Origin: Podospora anserina
Taxonomy: Eukaryota
Assembly (NCBI GenBank): GCA_017654855.1
Contig: CM030336.1
Coordinates: 1,116,001 to 1,180,000, forward strand
Direction of reading: 5' to 3'
Length of the DNA: 64,000 bases
Below the pieces are notes generated by a model. That model searched no databases. It was given only the letters and a program-made list of their open reading frames with translations, and was not told the origin of the DNA. Both the position numbers and the translations under genes were made by a program. Of this stretch, positions 24,424-36,139 are shown in pieces. Numbering within the stretch: the first letter of the stretch is position 1; each line of letters opens with the position of its first letter.

Positions 24424-25449
24424 TCAACGACGGCCGTGAACAAGCATATGTCGCTTCATGTTGTCCGCCCTCTGAGTCCGTCCGCAGATCTCGCACCTCT
24501 TCTTGTGCCTTTGGACCCTCTTATCAGCACGAACATCAGCACGGTCACCATGGCTCTTAAGTTTGTGGCGATCCAGATCCTTCTGCTCTGCAAATCCTTT
24601 GCCACAGATGTTGCACTCTGTTGGCCTGCGGTGATTTTTTTGATGCTTTCTCAGCTCACCGGGCAGATTGAACACTTTTGATCCTTTGCACCCAAGATAG
24701 AGACAGTAGAACTTCCCGTCAATGATTGTGTACGGAACTTCAGATTTGGCCGGGTTGGTTTGGCTGGGTGGCTCGGTCATCGAGGCGGGGAGGGGATAGA
24801 TGATAAGATCACGTGCGTTTGCAGCAGGGAAAAGGTCGTTTAGGGTAGGCAGCACATTTATATGGTGTGTGAAATTTGCCGACAGGGTGTCGTTGACGGG
24901 GTCGTTGAAGGAAAACAGGAGGTCGTCGGGTAATGTTGAATCGGAACCATATTCTGACTCATCTGGTGTCAAGATGGTTGAATTGCTGGATATCTCGGAT
25001 GATTGAGACGAAGAGCAAGGAAATCCGAACTCATTGTCGGGTGGCGTATGAAATGAGACCACGGCGATTTCTGGAGTGGAAACGCTAGCTGAATATCCGT
25101 GTGGCGAGCTCTACGAGCTCAGTACTGGGACTTCAGTGCGCATCTCCGCTACAGAATGCGGAAAGTGGGCCAAGGGGTCAAAAGAGCCCCCATCGTAAGT
25201 GATTTGGTGGTTGGTAGTTGCAACTTGTAGGCCTCGTTGCATCATCAGAAGCGATGGGTTCACCGTTACACCTTCGTCAACGTTTTGGGAGAAGGTGTAT
25301 GGCTCCATCGCCATCGCCTGTGAGCCAAGTCCAACCCCTTGCCCTTGAAGGGGAAGGTCAACAATCCAAGGATGCTCCTCATTTTGTTCTGTGAAAGCAT
25401 CTGATTCGGAAACCCAGTTTGGGGACTGGTAACTGTATACGCGCAACCC
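24424..25449 (-). CDS. zao: C2H2 zinc-finger transcription factor (ZAO-type), copy B, with in-frame UAG at 25113-25111
   Basis: ORF-track pieces 25446-25111 and 25062-24424 are in the same frame, separated only by TAG. Three fingers: CLYLGC...HQKNH, CNIC...AEQKDLDRHKLKSH, CEIC...RADNMKRHMLVH. First in-frame ATG is 25314; an intron at 25498-25450 leaves the 5' structure unresolved. Confidence 0.85.
25089..25136 (-). other. Predicted mRNA stem-loop presenting the premature UAG (candidate edited A at 25112)
   Basis: Sense strand reads CTGAA-GTCC-cagtac-TGAGCTC-GTA-GAGCTCG-ccacac-GGAT-a-TTCAG: inner GAGCTC/GAGCTC stem with UAG at the apex, plus outer CTGAA/TTCAG and GTCC/GGAT stems. Confidence 0.7.
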
Positions 25450-26293
25450 CTGTGATTAGCAACTTGACGCTCCTTGGTGAGACAGAGGTGGTACTCACTG
25501 GTGGTTAGACATCACCGGCGATACAGGAAACGCCTGGAGAGGTACCAAAACAGCAGCCCGTGGTCGTATCAGACTCGGATGAATGTATAGGTACCCTGTC
25601 AATGAAGGTGGAACGAGCTATGTATGTGGTGTGCAGCTCGGGAGCTGCAAAGAGATGGTGGAGATGGAGGAGCACACGATCCCAGCAGCAGCGCAGAAGA
25701 ATGCCAGCTCAAATACCGACCAAGCTCTTTCCGTTTGCTAATCCTCCGCTTCACAGATTGGAAACGGCAGGAAACCTTCCCCGTCGTCTGCCGCCAGATT
25801 TGTTTGCAGTTTCAGTTGTGAGGTCCAAGGCACCCAATGGATCCAAACAACGTCACACAGATCCCACAAATGAGGATGTCGCACGCGGGCCGCGAGAGGG
25901 AGGGTTACATCGAGGTAGGCCTACTGCATTAGTGCCGCCTACCGCAGCTCTTTACGTTGCATTCAAACCAATCAATCATCTCTGCCATGCCGCGTCGGTC
26001 CATATTGGAACCCTCCGGGTTGTACGATGTCAGTGGGGCTTGAAAATACACAGCCTATCTTGTTTGCTACCTACGTGGTCGTCCTGGACCACTGAATAAA
26101 GCAGTGATCGAATGGCAAAGTGTGGATTTGTTCAGATGTTTGGCATGTCGGTCTTCAACTAAAATATACATCAAGTAAGTGCTAAATCTCTACCCTCGGC
26201 AATTTTCAGAGTTGAATCTCACCCGTCGACTTCACAGCTACGAACGTACTGAGTAGCTACTTGGCTGCTATTCTTTTAGTAGATTCAAACATC

Positions 26294-27935
26294 ATGAGTT
26301 CAGAGGAACAAACAGCCATCACATTGCCACCCAGCATGCGCAAACGATTTTACGAGGCCCTCATGATCATTTGCAGCATGACTCACATTTTTTCAAGAAC
26401 AGAAAACGGCACCAGGTCCCCGAGTCTTGAGCTCGAGGGGGTTGCTGACAAGAACTCACAAGGAACCTTTTTCTGTTTCGTGAACAAGCTTAGCCAGGTG
26501 TGCGACAGTGAGAGAGGGGGTGATACCGTCACCGCCTTTTCGGTCTTGCAACCAGACATCATCGAGTATCGCTTCACTTCAAACAGCAGAACGGAAATAA
26601 GTTTCCAGACAACAACCCGATTTGTGACAAAGCTTCTGAATACCCTTGGAGGAATTTCAGGCCCCGAGCTCCAGGAGGCGCGACGCAATGGAGAGGACTC
26701 CCTTCTGTTCTTGACTCTGATGCAACAAATACTCGAGTTCAACCGTCCCCGCATTACAAAGTTTCACATCGACTACCAAATGGCCAGACACCTCGAATTC
26801 TGCGCCAATGCCTGCACGGATGCAGAGGTAGCGACTCTTCTAAGAGCACTCAAGACTTTGGCTGATGCTTCTCTCGAGCCACTCTTATCTGATTGCGAAT
26901 GTGGGTATCATCAGGTCTTGGAGGAAGCTACACGCTTCATAACGTCACAAGACCCTAACTGACCCCGTTCCAGTTGCCATTAAATGCCAGCTTCTTCTCC
27001 GTACCATCAGCAGTATTTTCCGGAATCCCCACGTTAAGGAATACCTCCGGGAACGTACCCGCGAGGATCGAGAAAAGGCCAACAAGACACCCTGGACTGA
27101 AGTCTACCACTCTCTTGGCCGCTTGCAATCTTACACAATCGCCGTCGCAATTTTCATCACCGCACGCCAGCGCTGGCCCGAACTCTTCGACCCTGGATTT
27201 AAAGTGACCCACGTCCCCTCCAGCACACCCGCTCCTTCTCCCTCAATCAGAGGCTCTCCGGAACGTATCCTTTCACGGCTGACCACAAAGGAGGCCGTTC
27301 TCAAAGCTTTCAAAGAGGGCACCACCGACGCAGCCGGCCACCAGTCCCACCTCACTGATCTGACCAAAAAGCTCGAAAGCACCATCCGATCCAAGTGCAA
27401 GAAATTCCACCCCATCGTTCACGCCGAAGTTCACCTTGCCGATCATATCCTCCGCGAGTTACGCACAAACAACTCAGGACTTCGTTTCTACAACGAAGCC
27501 GCCTTCGGTCGGTACATTGGCACCTCTAAGCCAACTTGTCACCTCTGCCACTCGTACTTTGCCTGTCCATTTCTCTCTTCAACAGGTCGCATTCAAGTCC
27601 GTTCCAGTTCCCACAACTACTACCATAACTGGCGGGTTCCACACGTATATCCGGAGGACGGCGCCGAGGCAGAAAAGATGAGGAATAAGGTGATGGGGTG
27701 GATGATTGAGGATGTGAAGGCGGAGGCGGAAAGGACGGTGGTGGAGAGGTTTGCGGTGAGGAAGGGGCATGATAGTAACACGTACCCTTCCATGCCGGAT
27801 ACAGATTCGGTTGCTTCTATGCAGGTTGGTTATGGGGGGAGCCAGTCTGGTGCTGATGAATCTGTGAGAAGGCTGGGCGCGATGGATGATATAATTGCTA
27901 GTTTTGGGGGGATGAGGGTGAGTGTTGAGGAGTAG
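26294..27935 (+). CDS. old: OTT_1508-like nucleic-acid deaminase (OLD-type), copy B, about 522 aa
   Basis: Exons 26294-26900 and 26974-27935 (1569 nt, in frame). Motifs CFVNKLSQVCDSERGGDTVT, VHAEVHLA, YIGTSKPTCHLC, SHNYYHNW. Clear but divergent paralogue of 19129-21044. Confidence 0.9.
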
Positions 27936-28142
27936 AGTGTGCAGCCCCTTCACCTTCGTCATTTTCACACTCATTTTCAGAGCGTATCAGGTGTTTTCCA
28001 GTCCGCACTGCGGCATGTGTATTCCAATCTAAGCAGCATCAAGCCAGCTACATCAATTCTAAACAGTAACCTAACGCCATGCTACACTTAACACCGTCCA
28101 ATGCAAACGCCCAACTCCTCAGAAAGACACGGTCAATACCGC

Positions 28143-28550
28143 TTAAGCTTGGGTGCTGGCGCAATCTCCACCTCCCAAGCCACCGCTGCACAGACGGGTG
28201 CAGCCAATACCAAGATCAGCAGTCTTGATGCACTCATCATTCTTGACGCGCATGATGAGGTCGCCCTTGCAGTTGGGGCCCTCGCTGTCCTGGTAGGCGA
28301 ACCAGGTATCGGAGAAGGAGTCAGTCCTGATGGACTTGATGTCGGAGGGGATGGGGGCATCACCGGTTGAGAAACCGTTGAAGACCTTCTTGTCGACTTC
28401 GGTGCCGCTATGCAAATTTAGTTAGTGGAAATCCATCTGGGGAAGAGCATGGAGAACGTACCAGTTCTCGTCGCTGAAGATCTTTGTGGCGGCCCCAAAG
28501 GCAGTGCTGGCGCAGCCGGCGATGAGGATGATGGTGGTGGTGGCACGCAT
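28143..28550 (-). CDS. Small secreted cysteine-rich protein, 117 aa
   Basis: Exons 28550-28462 and 28407-28143 (GTACGT...CTAAC...TAG intron). Signal-peptide-like MRATTTIILIAGCASTAFG; six Cys in the mature part. Confidence 0.85.
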
Positions 28551-29741
28551 TTTGGATGATTGATTGGGAAGGGTTTGAAGATGTGGTTTGTTGTTGAGTT
28601 GTGAATTGGTTGTGTTGTGATTGTATTGCTGTTGTCTTGCTGTTTGTTCAGAACTTCTTGCATCGTGGAAAGGAACAGGTCTTTTTATGTCTTCGTGACG
28701 ATAGCGCTATGTTATTTTCTGAAGCCTGTTATCTCCATTCGAAACAGTACGGCCGACTATACGCCATGGCTACATGGCTGTAGTCATTTCCCTCCCAGGT
28801 CTCTTGCTTTGTTTCCTCTAGGCGAAGTGTATCTCGGATTTCTCGGGTCATGACCTGTGCACCGTATGGCTGGATCCAATTGTGAACTTAACACTCACCA
28901 TGGAGCACCTCAGCACTACCTTAAGCTCGTTATCATTCGTTTCATCGGTTGTACAGGCCTAGGCTTCCTTGCTTGGCTACATGAATCTGGCTGGTGCCAG
29001 TTATGGACCCAAAACTTGTAACGGATATGTCAGGATATCTCTCGTGGCCGTTGTCATGTTTCACAGCCTATATTTGGATTTTTCCACTGCCAGGCGATGT
29101 CGGACTTGGTATCTCGCACTCAGAATCGTCTGGAGTTGTGAAGGAGCCTGATATGCCGCGGCCCGCAATGGACCAGATGAGGCGGCCAGATGTCACGGCC
29201 ACCCACGCGGTTCTCGTCGATCATATATCACTCGATACCTGATATTATTAACATCGTCGTGACGTTGGAGCTCGTTTGATGTTGACTCAATTCTCGATAC
29301 ATCCTGGGTGGGTGGTCCGTGCTTATCACCCCTCTGAAGCCCCTGAGCCCCTGAGCTCTTAGGCTTGGCAAATTAAAGAAGAGCATAGTTGGGCAGTGAG
29401 AAAAGCCAACAGAGATGGTTGAACTCAATTCCCGAACAATTTTGGTACCATCTACGATAGTCAACATTGCGATTTCAATGACATCCTCCCAGAAACGACA
29501 ATTCGACAGTCGGCCAGAGACTTGCTCGAATCTAGCTTAGCCGGGGAGCAGTTATCACTGCGGGCACCAATGAAACATGGTGCGATACTCACCAATCACA
29601 GCATTGCGCTCCGATAAGCTGAACCCAGGTGCATTCAAGTGCCAACAACGCGAATTTTGGAGGTTGGTTGAGAACCCCCACAGCCACATCTTGCGAATTT
29701 CATTCCACATCAATGCCTAGTCAAGGCACCTACTCAGTATC

Positions 29742-30755
29742 ATGGATTCCCCAGAGGGCGAGTTTGACGGCAACGATTTTGCCAACAACCTCTTCAGCGA
29801 TCTCGCCCCCCTCCTGACGCTTTTCGGGGAGCAAGTCACAAAACAGTTCCTGTCCATGAGTGTGGGATGGGCCGACAACGTACTCTTGGCAATGGGCCCC
29901 CTGGGTATCTTGACCATTGTTGTGAGCGCCATTCGTGTAGCGGGTGAGACCGTACCAAACCTCAAGGCGCTCATTGGCAGAGCAAGGGAGGACAGGGCCA
30001 GCGTTGAAGTTGAGTTACTCTCTTCAACATCTAGGGAGGTTTGCGAACTGTGGACAGGAACCCAAATCGTTCGAGTACGCGGACAACCCCTCATATCTCA
30101 GCCGTTCATCATGACCGACACGGGTAACGTCTATCCCCTGTGGAATGATGTGGCGCAGGGGACTTTTGAGGTCAACTTCATGGCGCAAGACTGGGATCGC
30201 GAAACCAGCTTGTTGGCAAAAGTGCCGCCCAACCTTGGCTTGAATATTAGCGGTGCTATCCCTTCGAACCGTGAAATGTGGATGTGGGCTGCTCTGGGAA
30301 CTGTCCTGCAACTAGCCTCGCTGGTTGTGAGCGGGACTGTCACTTATCGTTGGAACTTGGCCCAGGTCGAAGTTCCCACCACCACATACGGATATCCCTG
30401 CTATCTTCTGGGCACTCTGCTTTTGACTCTCGGGGTTCTCCTGTGCGGACATATAGTTGAGACTGTCAGTAAAGAAAGGACTTTCAGATGTAAGGCAAAA
30501 ATGCGAAAGAGAGTGCGCATTTTTCGCATTCAACTGGCCGCCACCGTAAACGACCAGCACTTTGACAGTTATCTTATCTTCAACTCCCCCGAGAATCCTG
30601 ACGTCTATGCACCATTCTATCAGGGCATGAAGAAGAATACTCGGTATGTTCATTACCCTCCAGCCCGAATACCGCTGTTTTCTAACATCAATATTTGCGA
30701 GATATTATGCAATTGCAGGATCAGCGCTGTCATTCATGGGCTTTGTCACACAATA
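29742..30755 (+). pseudogene. Membrane protein of a fungal family usually bearing C-terminal ankyrin repeats; 3'-truncated by a Fot1 insertion
   Basis: Conserved N-terminus DFANNLFSDLAPLLTLFGEQVTKQFLS...LAMGPLGILTIVVSAIRV...ELLSSTSREVCELW and hydrophobic segments. Probable intron from 30644. Interrupted at TA 30754-55; no continuation seen beyond the transposon. Confidence 0.7.
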
Positions 30756-33067
30756 ACGTACTTTATAAGCGAGTCGGTCATATAAGTGGGCCGGTCACTT
30801 TTCGACCGCGACGCGTCCTCCTACACTCAATATCAACTTTCTCTACAACCCAACATGCCTCCTACCTTAAATGAAGCCAGGATAATCTTAGCTCTTAAAG
30901 CTATTTAAAAGACTCCGAAATTAAGCCTCCGGGCCGCAGTAAAGCTATATAATATACCATTCTCAACCCTCCGTAACCGACGCGCCGGCCGGCCTACACG
31001 ACGCGATACTACGCCCAAATCGAAGAATCTCACTTAATCCGAAGAGGATACTATTATTTAATGTATTATTAAGCTATATACGAGAGCTTTTCCACCAAGA
31101 TTACGTAGTATAGAAAATATAGTTAATTAATTATTACGTATATACGACGCGGCTTTTATTAGTAAGCTCTAGGTATATAACTTTATTAAACGTTAGCTAT
31201 AGTTCTATACGCGTTTTACGCGTAAATAAAATTATTAAAGGGCTAAGTACGAAGATTTAAAGGTTATAACCGAGTAGTTTACGTTAGTACGAAATATTAA
31301 AACTAAGTACGGTATTATAAATAATAATATTTATAATTTTAACGAAATTAGGTTTATAATAAATATTATTTTTATAAGTATAGTAATTACGATATCGGAC
31401 GGTTTTAATAAAGTAAAATTAATTTAATTTAATAACCGTAAATAAATAACGGTAATTTAAAGAATTAATACTTTTAATTAAACTATTTTTCTTTTTATTA
31501 TTTTAACCGTATAATACTATTTTATTAATTAATATACTAAATATAATTTATAATTTATTTAATATATTATAATTATTAATAATAATTAAATTATTAATTT
31601 AAAAAATAAAATTAAATTAAGTATTTCGATTATTATATAGCGTCCTATAAAAAGGATAAATATCGATTATTAATCTTAAACGGTTACGAAAGTTATTATT
31701 TAACCGAATTCGAATATTATTATTAATAAACTAACGTTATTACGCTTTATATACCTCTATACTCTTCCTACCTTCTCTAATTACTCGATATTAATTACTT
31801 TAGGCCGTTAAAATAAGTGTACGGTCGTTAAATTAAGGACTTAATATATATATAGATATTAATTATATAAGTAAGCTCGAGTTCCTTTATACCTTCCGCG
31901 AGGCTTTTTTTGCCTTTATAATAAAGAAAAATATATAGGGTAGCTTTGCGGGTGCTAGCCTTATACCGTATGATTTAAAGAAGGTAATTTCTAAATTAGA
32001 TATAAAGCTTCGTACGTTAATATCTTTAAATTTACGGCCCGGTACTATATAACTTTGGGTCTCTTAGATACTATATAACCCTCGAGAAACTAACTTATAA
32101 TTAACGTTTATTAAGACTCGCATTACTAACTATTAAAATAACTTCCCGACTTTAATAATAATTATAATAAACTAACTTACTAAAAGTATAACGGTTATAA
32201 TATATTAAGTGGCCCTCTTGCAGGTAGAGGTCTCTTCGCTCCGTAAGGCTAATAAGGCACTAAGCAAACGCCGGAGAGTTAAAAAAATACGCGTGAGACT
32301 TGGAGGGTTACTTACTGTACAAGAAGCACAAAATCTACTGGATTAGAAAGCCGTGGATGGGGAGATATGACGAACCCCTGTACAGAACCTCTGAAAGGGA
32401 TACGGGTTGAAGGTAACTTCTGACAATTGGTCCGGTGTAGCTAAACAGTGCACAACAAGATATCTCGATATAAACACAAAATGCCGTGAATACAAGCTTA
32501 AATTGCATACTGCGGAACTATCTATCTACACCAGCCAGTTCCTCCGTATATATAGACTTTAGGACCGTGAGGTGCTTACCCTGCTATGGCCCCGATCACT
32601 CCTAGCACATTGCATCCTGCATTGTGCTCGCCGTGCTATGCCTCTGATCATCCTTAGCATCTTGCATCCTGCAGACTGCTCGTGAGCCTTGGCGCTATAG
32701 CACCTTTGTCCAGGCCTGATTGGCTTGTTCCCTAACTTCCTTAATAATTGGCTAAGGACGTCCTGCGCCCCACATGTGGCGCGACCTGCCGTTGGGTTAA
32801 CTGTGACAGGAGAGAGTATAAGAAACGCAGCCGGATAGTAGTAGTACAGGGGGGGGCTCGTACGAAGGTTCGGTGCTGTGGTGTGTGCGGCAAGCCTGGC
32901 TATAATGCACGCACTTACCAGGAGGCTGCAGAATCATCTGATTCAGCTGTTTCTGATATAATTATAGTTAGTTCCTAATATTGGTGTATTACAATTGAGG
33001 GTAATTATAGTAGGGTAGTGAAAAGTGGCTCACTCGCTTATATGGCTCACTCGCTTATAATGTACGT
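30756..33067 (+). mobile_element. Fot1/pogo DNA transposon, copy 2, containing a solo LTR
   Basis: TA-flanked TIRs ACGTACTTTATAAGCGAG... / ...CTCGCTTATAATGTACGT. Length is 1864 bp after removing the LTR and one TSD. Collinear with copy 1. Confidence 0.95.
32366..32808 (-). mobile_element. Solo LTR family A (crapaud-like), lightly RIPed
   Basis: 443 bp with T(A/G)TGAC...TGTGACA ends and a perfect 5-bp TSD GGAGA (32361-65, 32809-13). Confidence 0.95.
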
Positions 33068-33254
33068 TAATGTACGTTACTTTTTGCCGCCCGTTTTATT
33101 TTTAAGTTTTATTTTCTGCCGGCGCTTATGCGCCTAAGGTGCATTGGAAGACGGAGGGGAGTGAATGTAGAAGATGGAAAAAGAAATAGTCCTTCACTTT
33201 TACTTGTCCCGAATTCTTCGCAATTCAAAGGCCATTCTATTGGTATGCCCTTTA

Positions 33255-33986
33255 AGCACTGTGACTAACCGGGAGGAGCAGCTCAAACATAGATCCTTGG
33301 TCAGGAAAGCTTTAGCTACGCTCTCGCCCACGCTAATATATTCCCTCCATTATACCCACCTCATCAGTTTTATATTTGTTCTTCTTCTTGATCCAGGTCA
33401 CGGTATTATATAGGTTAAAGAAGCCGTTGATCTTTTCCGGGGTAGCTCCGTTAATGCGGGAGTAGTTGATCTCTTGCCTAGTTTAGTTTTAATCTCTGGG
33501 CGCCTTCGAATAAAGTGGGATACCCAGTGTTTTCCGGGCTTCTTTTCTCCCTAGCGCTCCAGTATATGGGTAGCTAGAGCAAATGGGGGCCAACGGACTG
33601 GTCGTTGGGTCTTCTATTAGGGCTCAAAGTCTGTGTACGTCAAGGAGAATGGAAAACGAATCTGGACCACTATACTTGAGTGTATCTCACAGGATGGCCG
33701 ATGTCTCACGCCCTACGTTATTTTTAAGGGCAAGAAGATTCAAAAGCAGTGGTTTAACGAAGACTACCGTGAACACTGGTATATTAATGCCACAGAGGAA
33801 GGCTGGACTAGCAATGACATTGCTCTTATTTGGTTAACGAAAGTCTTTATCCCTGAAACCTAACCTGACGATAATTCCGGACCACGGCTTCTTAATTACG
33901 ACGGTCACGGTAGCCACTATACCGACGACTTTATAATTAAATGCTTCTGGAATAATATTTACCTTCTTTTCTTACCTCCCCACATA
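33255..33986 (+). mobile_element. Relic of a second pogo/Fot1-type transposase (HTH-CENPB + DDE_1) with an internal inversion
   Basis: Plus strand: WTTILECISQDG...PYVIFKGK, GWTSNDIALIWLTKVFIPET, RLLNYDGHGSH, LLFLPPH. The KHWVSHFIRRRPEI...TDEVGIMEG part is on the minus strand at 33343-33581. Confidence 0.85.
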
Positions 33987-35848
33987 ACGTATATTATAAG
34001 CGAGTCGTATATATAAGCGAGTCGTATAGTTTCTACCACGACGCGTCCTCCTTACACCTAATATTAATTTTTTCTATAACCTAACATGCCTCCTACTTTA
34101 AAGGAAGCCAGGATACTTTTAGCCCTTAAGGCTCTCTAAAAGGACGAAAAATTAAGCCTCCGAGCTATAGCTAAGCTTTATAACGTACCACCTATAACTC
34201 TCTCTAACTGACGCGCCGGCCGGCCTATACGACACGATACTACGCCCAGATCGAAGAAGTTTATTTAATCCGAAGAAGAGACTATTATTTATTATATTAT
34301 TAAGTTATTTACGCGAGCTTTTTTATTAAAGTTACGTAATATAAAAAATATAATTAATTAATTATTACGCATACGCGACGCGCTTCCTATTAATAAACTT
34401 TAAATATATAATTTCGTTAAACGCTAGCTATAGCTCCGTATACGTTTTACACGTAAATATAATTATTAGTAAGTTAAATATAAAAATCCGAAAGTTATTA
34501 CCGAATAATTTATATTTATATAAAATATTAAAGTTAAGTACAGTATTATAAATAATAATATTTATAATTTCGACGAAATTAGGTTTATAATAAATATTAT
34601 TTTTATAAATATAATAATTATAACCTCGAACGGTTTTAATAAAGTAAAATTAATTTAATTTAATAATTATAAATAAATAATAATAATTTAGAAAGTTAAT
34701 ATTTTTAATTAAACTATCCCGCCCTTTATTATTTTAATTATATAATATTATTTTATTAATTAATATACCGAGTATAATTTATTATTTATTTAAAATATTA
34801 TAATTATCAATAATAATTAAATTATTAATCCAGTAAATTTAAATTAAATTAAATATTTTAATTATTATATAACGTTTTATATAAAAAGTAAATATTAATT
34901 ATTAATTTTTAATAATTATAAAAATTATTATTTAATTAAATTCGAATATTATTATTAATAAAATAATATTATTACGCTCTATATACCTCTATATTCCTTC
35001 TACTTCCTTTAATTACTTAATATTAATTATTTTAAGCCACTAAAATAAATATACGGCCATTAAATCGAGGGCTTAATATATATATATATTAATTATGTAA
35101 ATAAATTTAAATTCTTTTATATTTTTCGTAAAACTTTTTTTATTTTTATAACGGAAAAAAATATATAGAGTAACTTTATAGGTACTAACTTTATATTATA
35201 TAATCTAGAGAAAGTATTTTTTAAATTAAATATATAGTTTTATACGTTAATACCTTTATTTTTAAGGCCGGGTACAATATTTCTTTAAGTATTTTAAATA
35301 CTATAAAACCCCCGAAAAATTAATTTATATTTAATATTTATTAAAACTTATATTATTAATTATTAAAATAATTCCCCGACTTTAATATTAAATATTATAG
35401 ATTAATTTACTAAAAATATAATAATTATAATACACTAAATAGCCCTCTTATAAGTAAAGGTCTCTTCGCTCCATAAGGCTAATAAAGTATTAAGTAAGTA
35501 CCGGAAAGCTAAAAAAATACGTATACGGCTCGGAGCATCACTTACTATGCAAGATATATAGGATCTATTAGACTAGAAGGCCGTGGGTGGGGAGGTAGTG
35601 GAAGAAATATAGCCGGATGGCGGTAGTGCAGGGGGGGCTTATACGACGGTTCGGTGCTGTAGTATGTGCGGCAAGCCTAGCCATAACGCGCGCACTTACT
35701 AGGAGGCTCGGGAATTATCTAATTCAGCCGTTTTTGATGTAATTGTAGTTGCTTCCTAATGTTGTTGCGGTATAATTAAGGATAGTTGTTGTAGGGTGGT
35801 GGAGACTGTACGACTCACTTATATGTACGACTCGCTTATAATATACGT
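33987..35848 (+). mobile_element. Fot1/pogo DNA transposon, copy 3, full length, heavily RIPed
   Basis: 1862 bp; TA at 33985-86 and 35849-50; TIRs ACGTATATTATAAGCGAGTCGTA... / ...TACGACTCGCTTATAATATACGT. Confidence 0.95.
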
Positions 35849-36139
35849 TATAAGTTTTTCACTCAGCCTACACGGCACGGTTTTCCTATATAAATAGCAC
35901 CAAAAGTCCCGGCGCACTCGTTACAAAAAAGGGTAAAACGGTGTAAGAAGAATAAAAATATATTAATCTATTAGCCAGCAAAAGCAAGGCAAGTCTCGCG
36001 GTAGTAAACTTTTAAGTCATAGACTGTACAAAACACGAATACCGTTCTCTATCAGATTATCCACCATGTGATGGGGTTGCCCTCGAACTCCTGTCCATCT
36101 GCTTAAAAACGTACCTCGCCTCGCGCCCGGCAATCTCCG

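Noticed and set aside
22765-25113. Reading the two zinc-finger genes as ordinary pseudogenes or as four separate short genes
   Set aside because: Each has only one lesion, the same TAG, in an un-RIPed context at a hairpin apex, with intact fingers and splice sites. A RIP-type origin (CAG/TGG>TAG) is formally possible but unlikely twice.
25560-26099. 179-aa ORF here, and the 193-aa ORF at 21226-21807, in the divergent intergenic regions
   Set aside because: No motifs, atypical composition and no similarity to each other; most likely chance ORFs in promoter/UTR DNA.
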